Source: Oligoflexus sp. (GTDB lineage Bacteria > Bdellovibrionota_B > Oligoflexia > Oligoflexales > Oligoflexaceae). Taken from it: a stretch of 28,163 bases of DNA. Shown piece after piece: positions 1 to 7,719 of this stretch. A program made the translations under genes and the position numbers. The notes under the pieces were generated by a model that was not told the origin of the DNA, did not search any database, and was given only the letters and a program-made list of their open reading frames with translations. The stretch covers positions 1-28,163 of the forward strand of contig JBGSTX010000331.1 in NCBI GenBank assembly GCA_041736305.1, read 5' to 3'. Numbering within the stretch: position 1 is the stretch's first letter; the number at the start of each line of letters is the position of its first letter.

Positions 1-171
1 GGATTAGCCATTATTGGTGGTACCGTGGTTTCGACTTTACTCACTCTCTTCGTAGTACCAGCTCTCTATCTGATGATGGTACGTCTAGAGAAAAAGAAGA
101 AACCCATCGCTGAGGCAGTACCCAAGCTCGAAAAAGGCGGCAAGTCCCTACAGACGTTCAGCATGCGCTAA
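1..171 (+). CDS. RND (AcrB-type) efflux permease, C-terminal fragment (gene starts before the window)
   Basis: Frame 1 reads GLAIIGGTVVSTLLTLFVVPALYLMMVRLEKKKK...SMR*, the typical last TM helix of RND permeases; TAA at 169-171. Confidence 0.9.
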   Translation, partial: GLAIIGGTVVSTLLTLFVVPALYLMMVRLEKKKKPIAEAVPKLEKGGKSLQTFSMR

Positions 172-173
172 AC

Positions 174-214
174 AAAAAATGGGAGCCGCATATCATTCGG
201 ATAGGCGGCTCCCA
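174..214. terminator. Intrinsic terminator between convergent genes
   Basis: TGGGAGCCGC-A-TATC-attcg-GATA-G-GCGGCTCCCA stem (180-214), preceded by an A6 run that gives a U-tract on the minus strand. Confidence 0.8.
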
Positions 215-233
215 AAGTATGCAAACGTCTTTC

Positions 234-824
234 CTACAGGTACAGCTTCGAACCCGCAGGTCTGTCCCTGGAGAGGGGATCGCGGTCGGGCCCCCGTTCA
301 GCTATTGCTTCATCGAATCTAAGGCTTTCAGCTGCGGCTTCTATTTCTGCACCTTCATGAGCAAGCTGCTTTTCCTGCTGCTCGCTTAGCTCCAGCTGAA
401 TACCTCGCGAAACCTCCTTCTGGTAAAGGCTGCTGGCTCTATCCTCAACAAGCCCACCACAAGATTCTAGGATGCGGATCGCTCCCTCTCTATCGTGAGG
501 ATTGCGGACTAGAATCAGGTGGCGTCGCTTGTGGTAGTGCTCGGAGAAATAGCTACCTGCTTCATCATCATAGCTGGCAACATCGCGCGGATGGTCGTCT
601 CTGCCGAAAAGTCGAGCAAAAAAGCCCATAATCCCTTTCGAGCCCAGTGGGTAAGTCTGCGACCAGGTCGAGTCAGTTCGATTGTTGTCTAGGTGTTCAT
701 CCAGCTCGTTCGGTATCAGCTTGACATCTTTCGCGAGAAAGTCGGCCCCGTGTAGGTTGCTTGCAGCTCGCTGCGCATCTCGTATATTTTCGAAAGCGCA
801 AATAATGATTGAGTCGGCACCCAT
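234..824 (-). CDS. Hypothetical protein resembling general-stress (YsnF/17M-like N-terminal) proteins
   Basis: 196 aa with a GGAGGAG RBS; pattern 'AFENIRDAQRAASNL...GF....V.LI', 'GFFARLF', 'AIRILESCGG' recalls this family. Confidence 0.6.
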   Translation of the reverse strand: MGADSIIICAFENIRDAQRAASNLHGADFLAKDVKLIPNELDEHLDNNRTDSTWSQTYPLGSKGIMGFFARLFGRDDHPRDVASYDDEAGSYFSEHYHKRRHLILVRNPHDREGAIRILESCGGLVEDRASSLYQKEVSRGIQLELSEQQEKQLAHEGAEIEAAAESLRFDEAIAERGPDRDPLSRDRPAGSKLYL

Positions 825-903
825 TTGATTTCTCCTCCCATTTTTTGCCTTAGTGCTATGTGTTCCTGGCTCATACAGCAGAGGCTAAGGTCTCAAAAGG
901 AGT

Positions 904-919
904 TGCAAATGCGGGACCA
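904..919 (-). promoter_or_regulatory. Putative sigma54 (-24/-12) promoter
   Basis: Minus strand TGGTCCCGCATTTGCA: GG-N10-GC with TTGCA, 80 bp upstream of the 824 start codon. Confidence 0.55.
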
Positions 920-1051
920 AAGATAATTTGCAGCCAAAAGATGGCTCGGAATCGAAGCGGCGCGAAAGATTAGGCAGAGCTGCTCTGCGCTTTGACCGTC
1001 GCCCGTGGCCTTCACTATGTTTCAGCACCCCTACACGGCAGGATATCCAAT

Positions 1052-2230
1052 TCAGATAGGCACCGAATGAAGAGTCCACTTCTGCGAAGCAAGATGAATG
1101 CGCAAGCTTCTAAGCTCGCCATTGAGACGGGTTAGATTAAATGACTGAGGAAAGGCGTCCGGGGGCATCGCCGATGGATTGCGATGGCCGTGAACTTGCC
1201 ACTGTCCAGCTTGGGCTTTGGTGCTAAAGATTTCATCAATCGCCGTCTCCAGCTCGCCTGCGCCCAAAATAAAATCGTCAGCGGCGATGAGCCCGAGCTC
1301 TTGCTTGCTCAAGGGAAGGGGCAAACCTCCATGCGTGACTACGAGACTCCAAGCCGGCATTTCGAAGTAGAGGAGTTCTCTTAATTCGTCTCGAAAGCTC
1401 AGCAGCTCTTCCATACTCAAGTCTCCAGCTTGCAGCTGAGGCTTGACTGTTTCAAGGAAGACCTCTGAGCGTACTTTCCTCTGCGAAAGATCGAGCCGCA
1501 GCTGCCGCTCCATGTAACCTTCGCAGACGAGCGCACGCCCGTCCCGCATCAGTTCGCTCACGTGTCTGAAAATCAGGGCATTGTCAGGCCCTTCACCGAA
1601 GAGATCGCCGGTGAACACCACAAGGCGCGACCCACTCTCCGAAGTTTTTAGGGTTTCGATCAGAGGCGCACTGTAACCCCTAACGTCGCCAATGACGTGA
1701 AGTTCTTGCCAGCGCTCATGCTTTAAATCAATAAGCGGAGGAACGAGAGCAGCCCTGAGGGAGGCCGCGGGGATCACCTCTAGCCACTCGGGTGGAACAA
1801 ATCGCTCTAGCTGCTCCTGGAACCCCAGCATAACAGCTTCGGGTACCCGACGAAGCTCTTCACGGGAGCTGTTACGGGCCATGCAAAGTGCGAAAGGCAC
1901 CTCGGCCAGACTCACGAGCTGCACTCTATATCCATAGCGTTCGGCAAGCTTGCGGTAGGGCTGCAGCGAGGCTCCCGTGAGATGGGTAGCATCCACAAGG
2001 GTCGTGGCCCCTTCCTGCATGCGACTTTCGAGAATGTCGAAGAGCAGATGCCAGACCCGACCTCCCAATTTTTGGGAGATCTTCAGACTTCCGTCTGCCT
2101 GCAGCTGAGGTGAAGCGAGACGGAGCCTTAGTTCGTCGCTGGAAAGGACGTAGTCGGCAAGTCCCTCCTGGGCCAGCAGCGTACTTTTACCTGAACCTGG
2201 CAGTCCGTGGAGCAAAAAGAGTCTACGCAT
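1052..2230 (-). CDS. P-loop polynucleotide kinase (AAA_33-like) fused to a degenerate calcineurin-like metallophosphoesterase
   Basis: GLPGSGKST, SSDELR and VDAT kinase motifs, then IGDVRG / GDLFGEGPD / VTHGG / QVHGHRN. Start moved to ATG 2230 (MRRLF) because of the AGGAGA RBS at 2241-2246. Confidence 0.8.
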   Translation of the reverse strand: MRRLFLLHGLPGSGKSTLLAQEGLADYVLSSDELRLRLASPQLQADGSLKISQKLGGRVWHLLFDILESRMQEGATTLVDATHLTGASLQPYRKLAERYGYRVQLVSLAEVPFALCMARNSSREELRRVPEAVMLGFQEQLERFVPPEWLEVIPAASLRAALVPPLIDLKHERWQELHVIGDVRGYSAPLIETLKTSESGSRLVVFTGDLFGEGPDNALIFRHVSELMRDGRALVCEGYMERQLRLDLSQRKVRSEVFLETVKPQLQAGDLSMEELLSFRDELRELLYFEMPAWSLVVTHGGLPLPLSKQELGLIAADDFILGAGELETAIDEIFSTKAQAGQWQVHGHRNPSAMPPDAFPQSFNLTRLNGELRSLRIHLASQKWTLHSVPI

Positions 2231-2380
2231 GCCGAATAGGTCTCCTAAGGCCGATTCATACCTCCGCGTTGGCAGACGCCTCGCTGGCTGAACTCGTTTC
2301 TTGCGGGTCTCCATCAGCATCATTTAAAAGCAAAGTGAACTCAAGCTGAAATTCAGCCGCATGTCTCTAGAGGAAAAGTC

Positions 2381-3907
2381 ATGGAACAAGAACTGCTGCG
2401 AGAAATCCTAAAAGCTAGGGTCTATCAACTGGCCAAGCGCACACCGCTCGATTTCGCTGAAACGCTTTCGGCAGAATGCGGCAATGAGATTTTTATCAAG
2501 CGCGAAGACCTTCAGCCTATTTTTTCCTTCAAGATTCGCGGTGCCTGCAATCGAATCGCTGCTCTTGCTCATCCTACTCGCGGCGTTATCTGCGCTTCTG
2601 CTGGCAATCATGGTCAGGGCGTCGCCCTCGCTGCACAGCGCCTGGGAATACCGGCCTGGGTGGTGATGCCGCGTACGACGCCGGATATAAAAGTTCGCGC
2701 TGTCGCGCGCTTTGGTGCTGAAATTATACTCCATGGAGATCACTATAGCGAGGCAAGCGATTACTGTCAGTCCTTACTGGGACACCATGAGGCTACACTG
2801 ATTCATCCCTTCGACGATATGCTGGTGATCGCAGGACAAGGCACTATAGGTAAAGAAATCTATGAAGACGCCCCCGCTATCGATTACATTTTCGTGCCGG
2901 TCGGCGGTGGTGGTCTCATCGCTGGGATTGCCAGCTATATAAAAGCTATCGATCCACGGATTTTGATCATCGGCGTTGAGCCGGCGGATAGCGATGCCAT
3001 GACCCAATCTCTGGAGAAGGGCGAGCGGGTTAAGCTCGAAGCCGTCGGGGGCTTTGCCGATGGTGTCGCGGTAAAACAAGTCGGAAGCCTCACCTACGCC
3101 CTAGCGCAAAAGCATGTAGATGCCTTCATCCGCGTCAGCACCGATGAAATCTGCTCGGCGATCCACGATATCTATCGAGAAACGAGAATGGTGGTCGAAC
3201 CTGCAGGGGCACTATCTTGGGCTGGTGCCAAGCTTTATGTGCAAAAGCTAGGGCTAGAGGGCAAACGTCTGGTGACGATCAATTCCGGTGCCAATATGAA
3301 TTTTCAGCGTCTGCAGTTTGCGGCGGCTCGCGCACTGACCGGAGCAGGTCTCGAGTCGCTGTTTGCGATTCGCTTGCAGGAACAAAAAGGTGCTCTCAAA
3401 GATTTTTGTCATAAAATCATCACGGGCAAGAGCATCACAGAATTTAATTACCGCAGCAATGGTACGCGCGAAGCCTATATTTTCCTAGGCATAGCCACCC
3501 TCAACAGCTCGGATCGGCAGCGGCTTCATGGGCTTTTGAAAGAGAATGCTTACTGGTACCAAGATCTCACGGACAATGAGTTGGCTAAGGAACACATCCG
3601 GCATCTAGTCGGAGGGCGAGCCCCCGAACTACAGCGGGAAGAGCTTTACAGCTTTGCCTTTCCTGAGCGCCCCGGAGCTCTTTCAAGTTTCCTAACGGTG
3701 ATTAGCAGTCGCTGGAATATTTCGCTCTTTCACTACCGCTCGCAAGGTTCTGACTTTGGTAGGGTCCTTATTGCTTTTGAGATGCAAGAGCTGGAGCGCG
3801 TAGATTTCGAAGAGCATCTGGAAAAAATCGGCTATGCCTATACGAGGGAAACGGACAACCCTGCCTACCAGCTCTTTCTCCAATCGAGCTTTGCACCCGT
3901 TAAGTAA
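2381..3907 (+). CDS. ilvA: Threonine ammonia-lyase (biosynthetic), with C-terminal regulatory domains
   Basis: KREDLQPIFSFKIRGA PLP-lysine motif, ASAGNHGQG, VGGGGL, SGANMNF, ITEFNYR, FPERPGAL, WNISLFHYR; GAGGA RBS. Confidence 0.97.
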   Translation: MEQELLREILKARVYQLAKRTPLDFAETLSAECGNEIFIKREDLQPIFSFKIRGACNRIAALAHPTRGVICASAGNHGQGVALAAQRLGIPAWVVMPRTTPDIKVRAVARFGAEIILHGDHYSEASDYCQSLLGHHEATLIHPFDDMLVIAGQGTIGKEIYEDAPAIDYIFVPVGGGGLIAGIASYIKAIDPRILIIGVEPADSDAMTQSLEKGERVKLEAVGGFADGVAVKQVGSLTYALAQKHVDAFIRVSTDEICSAIHDIYRETRMVVEPAGALSWAGAKLYVQKLGLEGKRLVTINSGANMNFQRLQFAAARALTGAGLESLFAIRLQEQKGALKDFCHKIITGKSITEFNYRSNGTREAYIFLGIATLNSSDRQRLHGLLKENAYWYQDLTDNELAKEHIRHLVGGRAPELQREELYSFAFPERPGALSSFLTVISSRWNISLFHYRSQGSDFGRVLIAFEMQELERVDFEEHLEKIGYAYTRETDNPAYQLFLQSSFAPVK

Positions 3908-3913
3908 GTCTTT

Positions 3914-3939
3914 TTTACATGGCATTAATGTCATGTAAA
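3914..3939. repeat. 26-bp near-perfect palindrome (operator or terminator-like hairpin)
   Basis: TTTACATGGCATT|AATGTCATGTAAA with one G/T mismatch, 6 bp after the ilvA stop. Confidence 0.6.
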
Positions 3940-4140
3940 GCCGCACAAGAGTCATCGCTCCATAGGGAAGTTCATGAATGGTTGGGGCCGACTCATGAGC
4001 TTATAGTTAAATCTTCTTGCAAGCTGTCGCAAAGGAGCCTAAGCGCCTATGTTCATCTGTGTGTGCATAACACGGCTAAAACTGTAGTCTCAGCCCTACA
4101 GTCATGGGACATAGATACAGGGAAAACGTATCGTAGGCCA

Positions 4141-4156
4141 TGGCATGGAACCTGCA
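4141..4156 (+). promoter_or_regulatory. Putative sigma54 (-24/-12) promoter
   Basis: TGGCATGGAACCTGCA: TGGCA..GG-N10-GC spacing, 73 bp upstream of the 4230 start codon. Confidence 0.6.
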
Positions 4157-4229
4157 CCAGATGGCTTGATGGTACTGAGACCAAGAGTGATAGTTGATTA
4201 GAGCAAGAGCACTATAGTAGGAGGCGTAC

Positions 4230-4619
4230 ATGATTAAAGGCCATCAGGATCCGGTTCTGCCGGCGCTCGAAGAAAACAACGAGCGAGTTGATCTCACCGA
4301 AGACTGGGGTCATGCCCACCCATTGGTCGAAGAGGATCAGCGGGTTTACATGCCGAGCTCGCAGCTTTATAGCAACGGTCGCGAAAGCGAATCGGAATTT
4401 GCTTATGAAGAAGGTAATTCTTTTGCGGCTCAAAAAGAGAAGTATCTAAACAAATTAAAAGATGGTCTTGGGCAGGCAAAATCCGCAGTAGAAAGCTTCG
4501 ACAAAGACCAGGCGCTCGAGCGCGGTCGTGAGTTGATCATCGCTTATCCCTGGCCAGCTACGCTCGCGACCTTTGCGCTTGGTGCGCTTCTAGGTCATAA
4601 GATTTTTCGCGGCTCCTGA
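4230..4619 (+). CDS. DUF883 / ElaB-YqjD-like tail-anchored membrane protein
   Basis: AGGAGG RBS; C-terminal 'IIAYPWPATLATFALGALLGHKIFR' tail anchor after a helical hydrophilic region. Confidence 0.7.
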   Translation: MIKGHQDPVLPALEENNERVDLTEDWGHAHPLVEEDQRVYMPSSQLYSNGRESESEFAYEEGNSFAAQKEKYLNKLKDGLGQAKSAVESFDKDQALERGRELIIAYPWPATLATFALGALLGHKIFRGS

Positions 4620-4655
4620 GCAGCCCTTCTTGCCAGCCTAGCGAGGACAATTGTT

Positions 4656-5117
4656 ATGCAAAAAACTTTGGAATTTCGGCGTACAGCCGACAGTGAGCCT
4701 ATGAAATCTCCCGAAGATCAAACGTCTGCAAGAGAGCAGAAGGCCCAACTTCGCCTGATGGCTCGCGATGTGCTGGGGGATATAGAAAATCTCTTTGTGC
4801 AGCACATGACTCTGACGAAACTAGAACTACAGCAGTCGAAGCGCTTCGTCAAAGCCAGCACGGCCATGCTCGGGGTCGGAACCGTTTTGCTCTTCGCCGG
4901 CTTGATCAGTCTCTTGAGGACGATAGCGCTGGCTCTGGCTAGCAGTTTTGAATGGACGGCTGCAACAACTGAGCTGGTCAACAGTTTGCTCCTCTTTGCA
5001 GTGGCTGGAATCATGCTCTATATCGGTGTCAAAGCCGCTCAAAAGCTGCAGCGACTCCCCGACAAAATATTGAAGCAATGGAAGGAAGAATGGCAATGGC
5101 TCCGGAAGAACCTTTAG
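4656..5117 (+). CDS. YqjE-like / 'phage holin family' two-TM membrane protein
   Basis: 'DIENLFVQHMTLTKLEL', two TM segments, then 'LPDKILKQWKEEWQWL'; usual position between DUF883 and DUF3618 genes; GAGGA RBS. Confidence 0.75.
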   Translation: MQKTLEFRRTADSEPMKSPEDQTSAREQKAQLRLMARDVLGDIENLFVQHMTLTKLELQQSKRFVKASTAMLGVGTVLLFAGLISLLRTIALALASSFEWTAATTELVNSLLLFAVAGIMLYIGVKAAQKLQRLPDKILKQWKEEWQWLRKNL

Positions 5118-5638
5118 AAGCGACGAGTTCGAACCACAATCGTTATGACAAGCTATCTTCAGAGGAGCTGGCGTTGGAGATGGAAAAAACCCGTATGTCT
5201 TTGGCGGGGAAATTGAATCGCCTCGAAGAAGAAGTAGGAGATAAAGTGCGCAATACAGTAGATCACGTAAGCGGCCAGATTGTTGGTACCGTCGATCATA
5301 TTGCCGATACGGTAAAACATTCGGTAGCTCAGGTTCAGAGTCAGTTTGATTTGCCAGCGCGCATAGAAAAAAATCCATACAAGACGCTCGGTGGCGTGAT
5401 GGTCGCTGGTCTAGCGTTTGGCGCCTGGATCGCTCAAAAGAAAAAACCCCATCGTGGCAGCTCGATCTCAAGCGCGAAAGCTTTCCAGACGGGCGCTGGG
5501 AGCGGTGTTCTGCCCTTGGTAAAGGGTCTGGTCGCTACAATGCTTGTGACGGCTGCCCGTCAGCTTTTGGAAACTAAAGTCCACGGCTACATCAATAGTC
5601 TGCAGAGCAAAGGTCTGCAGAGCAAAGACCGCTTGTGA
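5078..5638 (+). CDS. DUF3618-like membrane protein (start may be a few codons later)
   Basis: 'SEELALEMEKTRMSLAGKLNRLEEEV', then 'KNPYKTLGGVMVAGLAFGAWIA'; overlaps the upstream gene. Confidence 0.7.
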   Translation: MEGRMAMAPEEPLEATSSNHNRYDKLSSEELALEMEKTRMSLAGKLNRLEEEVGDKVRNTVDHVSGQIVGTVDHIADTVKHSVAQVQSQFDLPARIEKNPYKTLGGVMVAGLAFGAWIAQKKKPHRGSSISSAKAFQTGAGSGVLPLVKGLVATMLVTAARQLLETKVHGYINSLQSKGLQSKDRL

Positions 5639-5693
5639 AAGCAGAAACAGAAGCGTAGCCCCTGCGAAACGCGAAAATTTTTAATGATCGATC

Positions 5694-5721
5694 TTGACAT
5701 AAAAATTTCTAGGGCTATTCT
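5694..5721 (+). promoter_or_regulatory. Putative sigma70 promoter
   Basis: Perfect TTGACA (5694-5699), 16-bp spacer, TATTCT (5716-5721), AT-rich UP-like region upstream. Confidence 0.6.
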
Positions 5722-5727
5722 GGTTTT

Positions 5728-5988
5728 TGTGGAAGGTGGTTTTCTGAGAACGAGCGTCAAGCTTCTCTCACCATCTCCTCCGGACGGTTCTGTTTAGGCA
5801 TAGGATTTTGAAAGTGTTAATCTCTGCTTTGATACAGAAAACTTTTTTTATGAAAGTGTGTATGTTTGTTTGAGATGTCATGCCAAGCTTTGCTAGGCGT
5901 CTTCGGCTCTTTTAAAGCAGCAGAGTGAATCTTTCAAAACACCTCGATTTCGGGGAAACCTTGCAGAACCGTCTCCCTATTTTATTTT
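5728..5988 (+). ncRNA. Putative structured RNA of unknown family (ends approximate)
   Basis: Nested complementary segments 5731-5740/5770-5778, 5782-5793/5963-5974, 5806-5814/5931-5939, 5824-5832/5912-5920 and 5872-5879/5896-5903; non-Watson-Crick pairs are G-U on the + strand; upstream promoter and downstream U-rich tail. Confidence 0.55.
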
Positions 5989-6091
5989 CCGGGTTTGGCT
6001 CCTTAAATTCCCGTACTCACGATCCTCTCAGATTCTCCCAGCTAGGCTTATGGCGATGTGGCTCCTGCAAAGGCTTAGTGGAGAGTATTCT

Positions 6092-6472
6092 ATGTTCTCG
6101 TTTCCAGGACGCTTCCTGAAAATTCTACTGCTCAGCATTGCCATCGCGTGGATCTTTGGTCTTTCGATTCAAAGCCAAGATGCAGAACAGCGACAGACGC
6201 TACGCCAGATCAGCTATACCTATGAAAGCTTCGAAAAACGGCTCTATCTTCTCCAGAAGATGGCTCAAGTCGATGAAGAGCTAGTAGTTTGCGGAAAGGG
6301 CCTTGCGAGTGCCCCTCTCTTCGATGCCTGGGGCCGTCTAGCTCGTTGCAGTAGTACTAATCAGCAAATTACCCTCATAAGCTCAGGCCCTGATGAAGAA
6401 TTCAACAGTGCCGACGACATCGAGCTCAACGCAATCCTATCTCCCATCGCAAATCTGAGCAAAAACGATTAA
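6092..6472 (+). CDS. Small membrane-anchored protein with a GspG (T2SS pseudopilin) C-terminal-like motif
   Basis: N-terminal TM; 'DAWGR...ITLISSGPDEEFNSADDI' matches the D(P/A)WG...SxGPD...DDI signature; start at ATG 6092 with GGAGAG RBS. Confidence 0.6.
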   Translation: MFSFPGRFLKILLLSIAIAWIFGLSIQSQDAEQRQTLRQISYTYESFEKRLYLLQKMAQVDEELVVCGKGLASAPLFDAWGRLARCSSTNQQITLISSGPDEEFNSADDIELNAILSPIANLSKND

Positions 6473-6591
6473 GCTTTAATAGCCAATAAGACGCATATAG
6501 TACTTTTCAAAGGCGACACGGCCTGGTAGAAAAAGCCGCATTGACCTATCACCAGGTCCTTCGTGGCGCTTTATGCTTATGGAGACAGAAA

Positions 6592-7719
6592 ATGCAGTTT
6601 GCTTTTGCTTCTGCCCTCATTCGAGTCCTACATACAGCTCGCCGCTGGTACCGCCTCAAGAAAGCAAGTTTACGCCCTGAAGGCACATATTGCTGCATTA
6701 GCCCTGAGGGCTTACGAATCCTCCTCAAGGGGGATAAAGATGTGCTCCAATCGACCCTCAATATTTGGTTCAAAGAGCAGAACCTCCTCCTCAGTCCCAT
6801 CAAGCGCAAAGCACAAGCCAACTGGCCTGCCGATCTCATCCTGAGCAGCCTCTCGCGTCAGCAGCGCGTGCGGCACTCCTCTCAGAAGGAATCCGAGCCT
6901 CTTCTCTTCACGCAGCCTTATGTAGAGATGGACGTACCCCTACGGCCCGACTTCGAGCAGTTCCTCTATGAAGTTTTACCCAAAAAGCGCCGCACCTATA
7001 TCCGGAAGGCCCAAAAATTTCCCTATCGCACCGAGCTCAGCCGCGATACCGAGCTTCTGGCTTTTTTCCTCAAGGAAATACTGAACCCATCGACAGAAGA
7101 TCGTCATGGTGGGCGTTCGCAGATCTTGCGACCTGAAGACGTTACGAGCAAAGGTGAAAACTGGGAGCTGCTCCTCCTACGCAACGAAGCAGGTGAAATA
7201 CTCGGCGGAAACCTGCTCCTTCGCTCGCGCTGGCAGAAGCAGAAGCAGCTGCGCATCTGGCGCCAAGCAGCCCATCCACGCCTCAACGAAAGTAGCGAGA
7301 AGCACGACATACTCCTGCTTCTCAACACCGCTCCCCTCGAACTAGCTTGTCGCGAAGGCCTCGATACGGTCTCGTTCGGAATTTCGCCGCACCTGATGGA
7401 TGACAGCAACTTCTACTCGAAACGTCTTTGGGCCTGTCGACCCAGCTGGAACGATGATCTCTCGCTGCTCAGTATCAAAGTCGGCAGTGAGAAGGGCAAG
7501 AATTTTTTAGAACAAAAGCCTCTCCTCTGCGAGAGTCCCTCTGCGGCTAGCCCCGACGCGGTTCTGGTCCCTAAGGCCTGGATTCATCCCGACTCCCAGC
7601 AGCAACTGAGCGACTGGTTAAATAAATACGGCTTCCATGATTTGCATCATGTAGCCGTACTTGAGGGCGATAGGATTGAATTTCAGAAGATCAGCGCACT
7701 TCAGCCGCCCGTTACCTGA
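6592..7719 (+). CDS. GNAT/FemAB-like (Acetyltransf_6-like) protein
   Basis: 'KKRRTYIRKAQK' and 'ACREGLDTVSFGIS....D....SKRLW' resemble this family; ATG 6592 has a GGAGA RBS. Confidence 0.5.
   Translation: MQFAFASALIRVLHTARRWYRLKKASLRPEGTYCCISPEGLRILLKGDKDVLQSTLNIWFKEQNLLLSPIKRKAQANWPADLILSSLSRQQRVRHSSQKESEPLLFTQPYVEMDVPLRPDFEQFLYEVLPKKRRTYIRKAQKFPYRTELSRDTELLAFFLKEILNPSTEDRHGGRSQILRPEDVTSKGENWELLLLRNEAGEILGGNLLLRSRWQKQKQLRIWRQAAHPRLNESSEKHDILLLLNTAPLELACREGLDTVSFGISPHLMDDSNFYSKRLWACRPSWNDDLSLLSIKVGSEKGKNFLEQKPLLCESPSAASPDAVLVPKAWIHPDSQQQLSDWLNKYGFHDLHHVAVLEGDRIEFQKISALQPPVT

Noticed and set aside
3914-3939. dif / Xer site
   Set aside because: The arms resemble the ATGTAAA half-site, but the centre is 8 bp and palindromic instead of the 6-bp asymmetric dif core.
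3919-4197. 92-aa ORF between ilvA and the DUF883 gene
   Set aside because: No RBS or recognisable motif, and it overlaps the palindrome and the sigma54-type promoter, so the region is more likely regulatory.
4656-5117. 'Holin' as evidence of a prophage
   Set aside because: It sits in the standard cellular DUF883/YqjE/DUF3618 arrangement, with no endolysin or other phage genes.
5598-5627. 15-bp direct duplication GTCTGCAGAGCAAAG x2
   Set aside because: Simple in-frame slippage at a protein C-terminus (LQSKG-LQSKD); not an array or a target-site duplication.
5782-5974. Retron msr-msd (terminal inverted repeats)
   Set aside because: No reverse transcriptase gene is adjacent or anywhere in the window.
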